Assembly: GCA_051362555.1 (NCBI GenBank)
Contig: CM120643.1
Location: 22,572,848 to 22,636,847, forward strand
Length of the DNA stretch: 64,000 nt
Direction: 5' to 3'
Source of the DNA: Lingula anatina
Taxonomy: Eukaryota; Animalia; Brachiopoda
In this document: piece after piece, positions 37,301-49,194 of the stretch
How positions within the stretch are numbered: position 1 is the first letter of the stretch
How the letters are laid out: each line of letters opens with the position of its first letter
Program-made: the position numbers and the translations under genes
Notes under the pieces: model-generated
The model's input: the letters and a program-made list of their open reading frames with translations, nothing else
Told to the model about the DNA's origin: nothing
The model's database searches: none

Positions 37301-40300
37301 ATGTACTCAGAATTATTTCTTGTGAATATTTATGCATGATTTGATAAGAAATAATTTAAAGGGTTGATGAAGAGTTGGTGGCAGTGTTCCCCTGGCCTAA
37401 ATGTCATAAGTTCAGATAAACTAGCGACCATATGTTTATCATTTTTATTTCAAGAAAGGTTTTTACCATCCACAGGTGAAAGATTTGATCAAAAGAATAA
37501 CAACTGTCCGTATGAGATTCTTATTTCACAGTAAATATATGGTAAACAACTCATAGAAATGTAATGAATTCCATTTTACCACCAAAACAGCAGTTATTGC
37601 AATTATTCTGGAATTTTTTTTTTACCAAAGTGAACGGTTGTTATCCCTTTACATGTGAGTTAACATGCAGCTCATAATAACACTGTCAAAGGAGACCCAA
37701 AATAATCCCTCTGGTCTCTGCCCTGTAACCTTATCCTTTTTTGAGATGAAGGGCTTTTGATATACAAGGGTGAAAACAGGTCAAATATGGAGAAGACCTT
37801 TTTTGAGCCCCTTTAATTTTTTCTGCTACAAAGTAACTTTTCGTTGCACTGTTTTATGCCTTTTTTAAATTATCTTCAAGATAGTGGATTTTCATATTTT
37901 TTCAGTCTATTTTTTTGTCCTGAATGGTAGATATTAAAATTTAATGATGTATAATTTTTTTTGCTCAAATAAGTAAAGTAATTCAAATACTGAGAACAAG
38001 GTAAGTGTTGTATGACATGCACATTAGAGCTTGAGGTTAATAACCCCATAAAATAAGCTCTGTAGATACCAGAATAAAAAAAAAGGTATCACTTAAAACA
38101 TTTAGCTGATTTTAACAGACAGCTCAGCTCCACAAAACTCCTGTTAGGCTGGGAGTTGCCAGAAATGCCAGATTATCTGTATAAAAAGGGTGTCCCTTTT
38201 TTGCAGAGGAGAAGAAGAATGCACAGTTCATAGGACTTTTTTTTTGGAATGATAATTATGTGCTTGATTGCACATCTGTGCACCTCATTGCAAGTAGCAT
38301 CCAAATGATCCCATTATTTATTTATTTATTTATTTTTTTAAGTTATGAAACATGCACAGTTTTTATACAATGAATAAGTAATGAAAATTAAAGGCTCTGA
38401 GCAATTTTTTCAACTTCAGGAAGTAGCTCGATTGCAACCTCCTGACCAAATATAGTCTGTAGTGGAGTCATTCACAAACTGTTTACTACCTACAGGCGAT
38501 GGTGTAATGAAGGACAATTTTCAAATATTTTGACATTTGTTTTTGTTTTGTATTTCTGCAGCCTTTTCCAAGTTCAGATGTGAACCTATATAACAAGTCC
38601 ACCTTGCACAGTCAGCAACAACAAAAATCCAAGTCTGGCACTCTGGAGCATTGCTTTCATATGTGTACCAGATATAAGGTTAGTGATCAATATCTTTTTA
38701 TGTACAGACACAGATGTGTCTGTACATATTGCCATCACCTGCGTCTGTCGTCGCCGATGGCGATGCCGATGGCGATGCCGATGGCGATGCCGATGGCGAT
38801 GCCGGCGCCGTGCACTTTCCTTGTAAACACGATAAGTGGAGGGCAGTTTTACTTTTTGGCTTTATATTTACAGAGCTGATGAATATTCATAAAATGCAGG
38901 TCAAGTTCGAAAATCAGCATGATCGGGCCATTATTGTAGAAGTTATGCTGTTTTTTTCACTTTTCAGCATATTTTTCACATTTCCTCAGATTCAATTCTT
39001 AGGCATGTTAACAGTCTCATTATTAAACTAATAAGATACGTAAAAGTGTTTGTTTGACATTTCCTGCATCTTTACAACATTGTTAGTTGATTTTGTAAAA
39101 ATGATGGTAAACTTGTTATCATGTATTGTGTAATAAAGTTTCAAAAATGGAAATAAACTCATATCATTGTAGTTTGTCAGATTGAATCATTCACTATGTT
39201 CAGAATCTCAGAATGGAAGAAATTGGACATTTAACACTATTCTATTGATATTTTTCCCATCTCATCAATTTTCTTAGTTGATAATATAAAAATGGCAGTA
39301 AACTGTTAATTTTGTTTTATGTTAAAAATTGTTAAAAATGGAAACAAAACATTTCAGAACAGTGCTGTCTTGTTTACATTTTGGCATTTTCAAGTTGTGA
39401 CTTTGAAGTTCCATGGGCCTGAAGACCTTTGCTAGTCACATTTTCTGAATATCTATGATACTAATATTTTATTATTAAAAATTGATGGTCATCATGCTGT
39501 TAAACATTATGTAATATTGCATCAAAATTTGAAAAAAACCTATTTTGGGCACTGCTCCCATGATGACCATTTAAGAAAAACCATGTCACTTACTGTTCTC
39601 AAACAGTACAGTAAATATATATAGATGTGTCTGTACATATTGCCATCACCTGCCTCTGTTGTCGCCGTCGCCGTCGTTGCCGTGCACTTTCCTTGTAAAC
39701 ACGATAAGTGGAAGGCAGTTTTACTTTTGGGCTTTATATTTACAGAGCTGATGAATATTCATAAAATGCAGGTCAAGTTTGAAAATCGGCATGATCGGGC
39801 CATTATTGTAGAAGTTATGCTGTTTTTTCACTTTTCAGCATATATGCAACACTGTAAACACATTTCAACGAAAACTGATAGGCCTGTTATCATGAAACTC
39901 ACAGGAAAAATTGATCTTACTAAAACGCAGGTCAAGTTCGAAAATTGGCATGATCGAGCCACTATTTTAGTAGTTATGCTTTTTTTTCTTTTTTCAGCTT
40001 ATATGCAACACTGTAAACACAATATAAGAAAAAACAGATAGGCCAATTGTCATTAAACTCACAGGAGTGGTCAATCCTGCTAAAATGCAGGTTAAGTTCA
40101 AAAATCAGCATAATCGGGCCACTATTTTAGAAGTTATGCTGTTTTTTACATTTCCTTAGATTCAATTCTTAGGCATGTTAACAGTTTCATTATTTAATTA
40201 ATAAGATATGTAAAAGTGGTTTTTTGACATTTCCTGCATCTTTACAACATTGTTAGTTGATTTTGTAAAAATGATGTTAAACTTGGTATTGTGTATTGTG

Positions 40301-41428
40301 TAATAAAGTTTCAAAAATGGAAATAAACTCATATCATTGCAGTTTGTCAGATTGAATCATTCACTATGTTCAGAATCTCAGAATGGAAGAAATTGGACAT
40401 TTAACACTATTCTATTGATATTTTTCCCATCTCATCAATTTTCTTAGTTGATAATATAAAAATGGCAGTAAACTGTTAATTTTGTTTTATGTTAAAAATT
40501 GTTAAAAATAGAAATAAACCCATTTCAGAACAGTGCTGTCTTGTTTACATTTTGGCATTTTCAAGTTGTGGCTTTGAAGTTCCATATGGGCCTGAAGACC
40601 TTTGCTAGTCACATTTTCTGAATATCCATGATACTAATATTTTATTCTTAAAAATTGATGGTCATTATGCTGTTAAACATTATGTAATATTGCATCAAAA
40701 TTTTAAAAAAACCTATTTTGGGCACTGCTCCCATGATAACCATTTAAGAAAAACCATGTCACTTACTGTTCTCAAACAGTACAGTAAATATGTACAGATG
40801 TGTCTGTACATATTGCCATCACCTGCGTCTGTCGTCGCCGTCATCGCCATTGCCGGCACCTTGCACTTTCATTGTAAACACGATAAGTGGAAGGCAGTTT
40901 TACTTTTGGGCTTTATATTTAAAGAGCTGATGAATATTCATAAAACGCAGGTCAAGTTCGAAAATCAGGATGATCGGGCCATTATTGTAGAAGTTATGCT
41001 TTTTTCTTTCACTTTTCAACATATATGCAACACTGTAAACACATTTCAAGGAAAACCGATAGGCCTGTTGTCGTGAAACTCTCAGGAGTAATCGATCTTA
41101 CTAAAACGGAGGTCAAGTTCGAAAATCGGCATGCAGCCTGAGTTGGAAAAGCAGTCTAATTGGCTTCTTTTTCTGGAAGTTATACATTTTCAAAGTGTGA
41201 ACTTGAACTCTCATGGACCTGAAGCCTTATGCTTGTTACACATTTTACTTTCATTGGTATTACCTGTTGAGCATAATTAAAATTTGATGTTGAATTTACA
41301 GTCAAACATAATGTACTTTTGCATCAGAATTGACAGTAGCCTATTTTGTGCATAGTTATTTCCTGCTTTTTGTCTGTACATTTGACAGCTTTGCTGCCTT
41401 GTTTATATCTCCATTCCTTTCTCTCTCC

Positions 41429-41483
<55 letters not shown>

Positions 41484-44003
41484 CTGCCACACATGCACAC
41501 ATACACACAAACGCATACACACAGGTGCATGGGCAAATACAAACACACACACATCTGTAAGAAGTCACAAGAAGATTTGTTTTTTGTCTGCCGTCTGAAA
41601 TCACAGTAAAGTGTTGGCTGACCTTAACAACTTTGTGGCTTTTGGTTTGAGTTATGCCACTGCATGTTATGCAATCTATACAACACTCCCTGATCAACTG
41701 AAACAGATGTTTTCGTGCTGTGTGTTTGTTACCATGGCAACTGGTAGAAGGCAGACTTTAAGTGCAGCATTTAAAAAAAATCAGATTTTTTTCTTCTGTG
41801 TAGGATTGGCCATAGGTTGTATAGTGCTGTGTTTTAAAAAGGAGCTTAGTTTTTGATGTTTAGTTTTCAGTTGAAATGCGGTTCAGCAGTGTTCATAAAA
41901 AAGTGGAATTTGGGTTCAGCCACAAAAGCTTTTTGTGTGGGTTTAGATTCAAATCAAAGCAATTTTTTTAGTTAATCAACGTGAAAAATTGACAATTTGA
42001 TAATTTTTTTTCTGATTTCTGAACAAAGGTCTTAAGATGAATTGATGAAAATCTGTCGAGTCATATGTTGCACACCCTTTTTTTCCTGCGTCTTCAGTTG
42101 TAGCATGTCATATTTGATTTATAAGACATATTTGGCTGCTTAATCCAATATTACCACTGCTGCATAGAAAGAGCTCATACTTTACAACCTGCCTGAAATA
42201 TCAGTTAGTACAGTTTTCCATTAATAAGTGGAGGAACAGTGGCCCATGACATGATTTTAAACTCATTTTCAAGTATTTTATTTTTGATTATGACATGATG
42301 CTCTTTGTAATTACAGATAATATCCTCATCTCTCCATTTTCCCTTATTTCCTTCCCATCTGTCTCACTGTAGAGAATTTTTTCTTACTTTCTAAGAATGA
42401 GATAAGTTGACATTCCACTTTGATGATTTATGGAATAGCTCCCCTACGTGTTCCCATTTTTGCATGCACCCTGTCACCATTACAACTTGTTCATTTGATG
42501 GATTCTCTCATTAAGGTTTCAAATGAGACAGAAACACAAAATGATAGTTGTAGTCCAAGCTGGGGCAGATAAGGCCTTGCCATTTATCTTTGCGGCTAGT
42601 TGTGAAATCCCCCCAGTGATATTTGTCTAGCTAATCAACTTCGATATAACCTGAAATTGGACAGGTCACAGGAACCACTGGTTTGATTGACAGATGGAGC
42701 CACTTGTCACTCCACTTGGTGGAGCTACTGTCTGCTGGAGAGGTGGAGCTGCTACTCCCAGAGCTATTTGTGTTTATTTGTGAGCTTTTTTGAGTCCCTG
42801 CTAAAATATTAACCAACTTATATTTTCCCTCCACCCTTCACTCTTTTTTACTCCCAGGGACATGTTTAACTTAACAATTGTTGGTTAAGAATTTGTAGCT
42901 GAAAGACTTGTTTGATCGAATTCATCCTCAACCACACAGGTGAGTTAAGCTAAGAGCCCCTGTAATGACTATTGTTAGCAAATGACACCTTCATGAAGCT
43001 TTGCCCCAGAACATTCCATTTAAATGTATAGATGTACCTGCAGGTGTGCAGCTTTGTCTGAGTGAAGCTGGGTACATTAGTTTAATTGACTGCAATAGAC
43101 AATTTGTTTAATCTGTCCCTGTGCAAGCAGCAGAAGGGTAACGAAGTGTTTCGAGTCACTCTCGTTCCTCTGGGCCGAGCTGCTCACAATTAACCATGTT
43201 GTCTCATCTGCAGTGCCAGCTTGCAGAGGTTTTTGCATGTGTGTATATAAAAGTATTTTGGTGATTTGAAAGCTTGGATGTTTTGTCTGGATTCTGGTGT
43301 GACTCACTTGCTGTGTGTGAGTGTGTATATCTGAAAGAATTCATCAGTCTTTCCTCGGTAAATTCCAAAATTCTGACCCCACCCTTCCTTTTTATGTACA
43401 GACACTGTGCTTGTATATACTCATCACCTACATCTGTCTTTGTTATTGTTGTCATTTTTTTCTGCTGTTTTTCCATTGTTGTCGTCATCGTCATTTTACT
43501 GATTATCATCATACTTTCTGTAGTGCTGTAAGGCACTTTAAATTAAGACCAATTTCAAGGAGCAGCTTAAATCAATTATACTATTTTCTTCAAATTATGT
43601 AGTTTATTCTGAAATTTTCATATTTTTGGCATATTGACATTTTCAGTGTGGGTTTTTGAAATACCGATGGCCTTAAGTCCTATGCTTTTTACTTTTTTTG
43701 AATGTCCATGTAGAATGTATTAAATGATAAATTGCCTAGCATTATATGCTGTGAAATATTCTGAAACATAGCATCAAAATTGATTAAAAAAAAAAACATT
43801 TTGCACACTATCATTGTTATTTTCTGATTTTTTTCTGTACATTTGACAGCTTTGCTGCCCTGTTTTCTTTGAGTTTTGGTCATATTACTGGTTATTAGAA
43901 TGGGCTTTGAAAGGTACAGTTTAATGTGCAGCTTTGTGCATATGTAAGTATGCAGTCAAGTATTAAATATGACTTAGTAAGTCATGAAATTTTAATTTTA
44001 TTC

Positions 44004-44063
<60 letters not shown>

Positions 44064-44204
44064 CACCTTTTCTCCATTATGTCTATTCATGTTTTAATAT
44101 GAATAAATTGTTATTAAAATAATGGTTTATATTCTTTAGCCTTTTAAAAAAGGCTAAAGAATATAAACAATTATTTTTTTTTCTTGTTACTGGTTAACAT
44201 CCTC

Positions 44205-44235
<31 letters not shown>

Positions 44236-45793
44236 AAAAAAGTAAGAGAGATAAATACACAGTTCTGAGAACAGTTGTCTTGGTGTTAAAATGTGTAGTT
44301 ATATGTGTAGTTTAGGTCATGATCTGTCTGACTTCGAGTATTGTCCTCAGCTGCCCCAAGAGATAGTGGAAGAGAAGAGGTCAGATATATATATGCCAAC
44401 AACCTCGCTGAAGGAAAATATTTTTACATCAGCATTTATCATTGTGCATGTTATCACAAAAATAACTATAATACCTGACTTGAACTTAAGTGGCTCATAA
44501 AATACCTTTACCTTACCTAACCTGTTAATTAGTTACAATACGGAGGTTTTATATGCAGATGCAGTATGGCTGTATAATCTGATCACTGTGCAAACATGAG
44601 ATACTAAAGGTTGGAAGGACCTCCACTTCAAGAAATCTGCAGGTTAACCCTCCTAATTCTACACAGGTCCAAACTAAGTACTTTAGTCTATGTTTACATG
44701 TAATTTATAATTATGTATTGTATTTTTACATAAACCTTGCCAGTCCAGTCCAGTTTTTTTTTTTTTCTTTTTTTTTGGAAGTTATTGATATATTTTGTAT
44801 TTAAATGCATGTCTGTGATTTTTGCCTCCTAAGACCAAAACAGTGCCAGAACATTTTAATTGTTATCCTTTTCTAAGCATGGTTTTTGTTTACAAATATA
44901 TTCATATGCAAATATTGTTGCATTATTTTTCTTTTCTGTTTGGTGTTTGAATACTCGCCATCTTTGCTGTCTAGTTTGGAGGTATAACATCTGATAATAA
45001 ATTTGTGCATGTATGCTTGTACACGTGTATGTTCATGAAGGGGTTAAGGGTGAAATCTGTCTCGTATATAAGTACTCCCTGGATACATAGCTGAAACATT
45101 TTAGTTTATGCCTCTGTGAATGCAACCCCTGATGAAAGATTAAGAGAGTTTGTCTTTAAAATCAGTCTTAATATAACAAGTAGGAGGGGCTGGTCTGACT
45201 GCCGAGTTGTCCTCATTTGCTCCCGGGGCAACTCCTGACTGATTGCCAGTGTCATTCCCTAGTTATCTCAAGTATGCAGCGGGCTGGAGCCAGCAAGACA
45301 CTAAGACAACTACTTAACATAGTTTAATGTACAGGTTCCCCCTTTTATCCTTTCCTGATTTAATGGTAATGGCCTCCCCCTACATAATTTTATGTAACCT
45401 AGGTCAGTTGTTTGTGTGTAAGTTTGCATGTTTTTTGCGCACTGATCACCACTTTTAGTCATGTTTTTACAATAATATCACTGCCCTAGGTACATACGTT
45501 CACACCCTTTTCTAGTTACCCGCTAGCAATTTGTGGGTACCATAGTTTGCTAAATTAATAGAACTTGAATAATGTTATTTTTAAACAGTTTTTTTGGATG
45601 TTTTGTAAAGAAGATTCGTATGAATAAGATTGCATAGAAAACCCAATATGGTTCAATTCAGATGGTATGTTTTTTTGAAAAAAGCGAGGAAAAGATGACT
45701 CATGAAAAATGCCGGGGGGGGGGGGGGGGGGGGGAGGTATAATGTGTATTGTTGGATAAAGTTTTTTTTCTCATTGGTTTTCATGTCTTTTAT

Positions 45794-45830
<37 letters not shown>

Positions 45831-46949
45831 ATATATAACATGGCATAAAGTGTATATCCTTGGGCATTTTTTGAAAATCCAAAATGGCCTCCATTTGCCA
45901 TAGGAATGTATAGGGATGTCAAGGATACAGTACCCATTATTAAGTACAACTTGTTTCTCGGTGTTTTCCACATACTCATTACCATTCAGATAAGATGTTA
46001 TAAGAACAAATGAAAGGTTTGAAGTTAATTGGTAATTGTCATAGTCTATACAATTGCTTGGTCCCCATTGCTCACTGTTTTCTATGTTGTGGTTTGGTTA
46101 CTGGCTTTATGTACAAAAAATGCTGCTAGTGTCATTGCTATTAACCAAACTTTGACCACCCTAGCTTGTCCTTCTGCAACCTTTCTGATTGTTTTACTGT
46201 AGTATATATCTACTGCTAAAAGTATTCTGTATGGGATTTCCTGCCATATCAATTTTTCCTCATCCTTCCACTTAGATTTAATGTTTTATACCAATTAAAT
46301 GTAAGTCACTTGACTGCTGTCTCTTCCTGTACAGAAGGTAACATCAACAGAAATAAATCGTTGTTCACTAATAGGGTACTTAATTAGCACTAGATTGCAA
46401 AAAATAGGGTGTATTCCCAGCTTGGTTATTAAGACTTGGTTTCTAAGAGATGATAATAATAATAATAATAATGATAAAGATTACTATTGCATTAAAGTAT
46501 TAATTTAGAACCATTCTTAGTTGATGACATATACTGCTATAGAAGTAACTGACAGATCTGCCAGTGCCCTCTGTTGTTATACTTGTAAGTTCAGTGGTAA
46601 ATTTTAATATTTACAAATGACTTCAACTGGATATATCTGATAATATTGATCAACTCAGTTGCCATTCAGTTAATACTGCATCAGTTATTGATGTATTCTT
46701 GTAAGGTGGGAGGGGTATTGTTTATGTAAGTGGTTTAGTATCACAAAATAAAAAAAAGTTTTAAATATAGAATAAACGACTTATGGGCTTTTATGTCACC
46801 AAAATTGTCACATCTTTTTTTATGTATTCCAGTATCTGATGCATGTGGAGACTGTGGGAGACAACTATTTAGTTGTTGTAGAGAGGACGCCATCTTCAAT
46901 GACGGAGGGGCTGCCACCAGCATTGGTGAAACATAAGTTTGGGACATAA
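21452..46949 (+). CDS. UTP4: U3 snoRNA-associated protein 4 (cirhin), WD40 SSU-processome subunit (~683 aa)
   Basis: Seventeen phase-consistent exons: 21452-21555, 22548-22602, 23009-23128, 23347-23415, 23764-23848, 24071-24239, 24602-24725, 24944-25115, 25548-25630, 25904-26006, 26286-26446, 26732-26918, 27296-27402, 28202-28297, 36867-37049, 38562-38678, 46833-46949. The N-terminus MGEFLVHHVRLFDFVP..RLAVSRSDGSVEIW, HTHDVRAV, and the C-terminus VVERT..LPPALVKHKFGT* match the UTP4 family. Confidence 0.95.
21990..22326 (+). mobile_element. Kolobok-like MITE, full length
   Basis: TTAA|AGAGATAATAACTCTTCGT...ACGAGTTATTTTCCCT|TTAA, highly similar to 49195-49531. Confidence 0.85.
24755..24830. repeat. 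(CA)n microsatellite
   Basis: Seen directly. Similar dinucleotide tracts lie at about 8361, 8513, 22665, 28314, 41419, 44029, 61628 and 63551. Confidence 0.9.
27604..27816 (+). mobile_element. PIF/Harbinger-like MITE, second copy
   Basis: Aligns along its length with 15670-15894 and ends TGGGAAGACGCCC|TTA. Confidence 0.75.
29373..31202 (+). CDS. piggyBac transposase (PGBD4-like, DDE_Tnp_1_7), 609 aa
   Basis: Intronless ORF with an acidic N-terminus, MSRDRF, DKLYKIR, catalytic aspartates in ISLDESM, YMDNYY and MGGVDLSDQ, KPIRWG.K, a C-terminal Cys/His-rich domain (CVVH..CSVC...CPAPCFYRYH), and basic NLS-like ends. Confidence 0.95.
   Translation: MAERSRKRRMAVENVLELLENSDDDGEMFSDTESEDNDEDMPLSRSACRRDDSDAEPEIDAASFTDDVARQVYVDTPEQEEWSEDITNRNDANIRFRGKPGLSPDAIEQENIQSATPGTLFSLFFTNTLLLLICTQTNLYATQERTRAPDQHKCAWTELTLDELKAWLGMIFAMGLVVKTNIKDYWTKNWLISSPGFGKIMSRDRFLAILRYIHFVDNETAISDKNNPDYDKLYKIRSILDYLVKKIRTVYSPEREISLDESMIACKSRFGFRQFMKDKPIRWGMKVFMLSESISGYILNMQVYTGKNKEGSELGATHDVVMSVTAPFLDKGHHVYMDNYYTSVPAFQSLLQRSTLACGTVRPNRKGLPNTMSSKSSDVKLMNRGDAIHMYKGSFTAVTWKDKKPVTLLTTLPVANTFDSVQRSAKINGKWEKINVPRPVLVTSYNSNMGGVDLSDQRINAHKRLMRGVVWYLKLFWFLLDVARVNSYILYKKTSGKNIKMKDFTRMLSEELIGNNVSETGQRKTLAALPECVRRNRNMNHAPALAPDKKRSACVVHVQRVDTCYTCSVCKVRMCPAPCFYRYHYMADYLYNDPDRTDSPKNRKRKRNV
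31868..32800 (+). repeat. Three diverged subterminal repeats within the piggyBac 3' region
   Basis: AGGTGTCA(A)G.TT(T)GT.AT...CCC...AGGTGA.C.AA...TGCCA...GTAAAC motif series begins at 31868, 32231 and 32625. Confidence 0.7.
37500..37650 (+). mobile_element. Degenerate, internally deleted Kolobok-like MITE
   Basis: CGTATGAGATTCTTATTTCACA..CAGCAGTTAT..GTTATCCCTTT is similar to 49195-49531. Confidence 0.55.
38695..41404 (+). mobile_element. Helentron-associated non-autonomous element (HINE-like) with internal head-to-tail amplification
   Basis: 5' T-run, subTIR/IR hairpin ATGTACAGACAC-AGAT-GTGTCTGTACAT (38700-38727), (GCCGATGGCGAT)x4 microsatellite, ~160-bp core repeats (GTCAAGTTCGAAA..GAAGTTATGC), 3' subTIR TGTCTGTACAT (41371-81), hairpin GACAGC-TTT-GCTGCC, then TTGTTT. 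Units restart at about 39623 and 40797. Confidence 0.8.
43389..43866 (+). mobile_element. Older, short HINE-like copy of the same family
   Basis: Starts TTTTTATGTACAGACAC, has a degenerate GTC/GTT microsatellite, and ends TCTGTACATTTGACAGCTTTGCTGCCCTGTTTT. Confidence 0.7.
44116..44177. repeat. AT-rich near-perfect palindrome (30-bp arms)
   Basis: AAAATAATGGTTTATATTCTTTAGCCTTTT-AA-AAAAGGCTAAAGAATATAAACAATTATTTT, with one mismatch. Confidence 0.9.
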
Positions 46950-47137
46950 AACAGCGTGGTTAGGAGGACAACGTTCATGTCTGGAGATGGTGGAATTAGT
47001 TCTTGCCTATCAAGATGACTAATTGGAAAATTTTCAGAAATGGTTTAGATTGCTGCATTAAAAATAATGGACAAGAATAAGAAAAAAATGTTTCTCACCT
47101 TTGGCTGATATTATACTGTTATCATACCACATGATAA

Positions 47138-47285
47138 TGGTCATGGCCACCATAAAGGTCCTCAGATTTAAGGTGATGGTCATGGCCACAAAAAAGGCCC
47201 TTAGATTCAAGATGATTGTCATGGTCACCTGGAAGGGCCTCAGATTCCAAGATGGTCATGGTCACCGTGAAGGTCTTCAGATTCT
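47138..47285 (+). repeat. ~39-bp minisatellite x4 in the presumed UTP4 3' UTR
   Basis: TGGTCATGGYCAC....AAGG.CCTCAGATT unit repeated four times. Confidence 0.8.
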
Positions 47286-48363
47286 GATTACCATGAATTG
47301 TGATATCCTCAAAACCCAGAAAAAATGGTCTTTGCTGCCTGAAAGTAGATTTTAGGTTAGTCATTGTTATGTAGACCTGATAACTATGTTGTTACCATCT
47401 TTAACATAAATGATGGGTTATATCCAAAGGTCCAACAGTTTTTAGCAGGAATATATCAGCAGCATTGTTACCAAGTTGCAGATTTTCATGAGAAAATTTG
47501 TGAAAATACAGTGGTCTGTGACATTATCACAAGACATTGAACAGAATTTGGTTTAAGGGAGTGAATACCAACTGACATGGAATTGTGAATAAAAACAATA
47601 TGATGAATGTCTTTCATTGTTTGATGTTGTGTTGGTAGAATAGTCAATGGTCAGCTGAAGGATGGGCTTATAACTTGTGTCTCGTAGGTAGAAAATATGT
47701 GTAGTCTCATTAGAGAGGTTCTCTTACTTTAACAAAGAATCATGTTTTGTTAAATAATCTCAACGGAATTCAAATCTCTAAACATCTCAGGGACTGGAGT
47801 GGTTGTAGTACAATTCAGTTGATATTTTAATTATTTCTGGATCCACAGTATTGAAATGTATGAAAATATGTGAAATGGAGGCAAGTGAAGCGAGTCAAAA
47901 GTTCTCTGTTTCATTGGTTTGTTTCAACAATGACAATATTTAAACAGAATCTGAAGAAAATCTATAAATGCAAATATAAGAAAATTACTGTTCAAGGTAA
48001 AGATTATAGCTTTTATGCAGTCTTTTTTTTTATCAAATATCAAGTGAAAACCCCTTTTTGAAAAGTGCACAAGACTTCCATTCTACTTCAGGCTTTAAAG
48101 TACAGACCTGGTAGTTGTACGCAGCAAAAATATTTGAGACCTCATTCACAACCAAAGTTGATCCACAGACTAATCCAATCAAACATGGCTGACCCACTTG
48201 AAAGCTTACTGTATAATCCCCTTGGACAATCTATTCAGTGTCCATTGGGGGATTATACGGCAAGCTTTCAAGTGGGTCAGCTGTATTTGATCCGTGTTAC
48301 TAAGGTTGGTAAATGGGGGGGGGGGGATGCCATTTTCCCTTTGAAATTTTCCGTGTGACCACA

Positions 48364-48461
48364 CCCAGCAGACAAATGTCATTGATTCACCGTTGAATCG
48401 ACGTTAATTTTGGTGGATCAACGTTGAATCAACGTAGAATCAATGTCGTTTGCCTGCTGGG
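48364..48461. mobile_element. Short foldback MITE, EnSpm/CACTA-like (CCCAG termini)
   Basis: CCCAGCAGACAAATGTCATTGATTC...GAATCAATGTCGTTTGCCTGCTGGG, with ACA on both flanks and internal CAACGTTG-type subrepeats. Confidence 0.75.
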
Positions 48462-49194
48462 ACAGCTATTTAAACTTTCAATGAATAACATCAAATCTTC
48501 CCCTCCCCACAATTTTTTTTTTCGTAAAAGAAGGTACAAGCTACTGTGACATCAAGGGTTTACAAAGCTAGCATATGGAATTTTCCAGAACAATTGTACA
48601 TTTCATCCTTTTAGAACTTATTGACTCTAGGTTCTCCACAAATAATTTATTGTACAGTTCTCCAGGTTTTGTTCCCTGGATAGTGCCTAGAAAACTGATA
48701 AAATAAAACCGATGAAACTTTTTGTTTGCCACCTTGTCCTGGATGTATGTCGTGGTATTTGAAGTGTTTTTCTTTTATGTGCAATAACAACAATATTTGA
48801 TAACTAAATGGCAAAGACATCAAAAGCAGTTATCAAGGACTTTGAAATTTGATTTATTTAAGGGTTTGGATTCATCCAATAGTAATGATTAAGTGAGCAT
48901 GTACCAGAGTGTAAATGTGAAAAAGCATTGAAAAAAAAAACAAAAAAACTTAAGACTTTTACGTCCATCAGTCACAATGTATTGGCCTTACTGCCCGTTC
49001 ACGTTTTTGATACTTCCTACAGAATTTCAAGAATATTAATTTGTATGAAGCTGTAAATGTTTTAAAGATAAAGAACTTTGTGGCAACTATTTTAAAATGG
49101 CAACTGAAACTCCCTTACAAGCATCAGATTTCTTTTTCTTTAGTGAACATTTTTAAAATGGCTAGAATTTGGATTAAATGTTGAAGGAGGTTAA

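Noticed and set aside
38580-41076. Repeated ORFs MCLYILPSPASVV... (38714, 39625, 40690) that look like a small gene family
   Set aside because: They are translations of HINE tandem units and their microsatellite, with frameshifts between copies.
41330-41697. His/Thr- and Cys/Val-rich ORFs
   Set aside because: They are translations of (CA)n/(CT)n microsatellites. The same applies near 22600, 24700, 61500 and 63500.
42631-42834. Ser-rich minus-strand ORF as a nested-gene exon
   Set aside because: No recognisable homology and no partner exons found.
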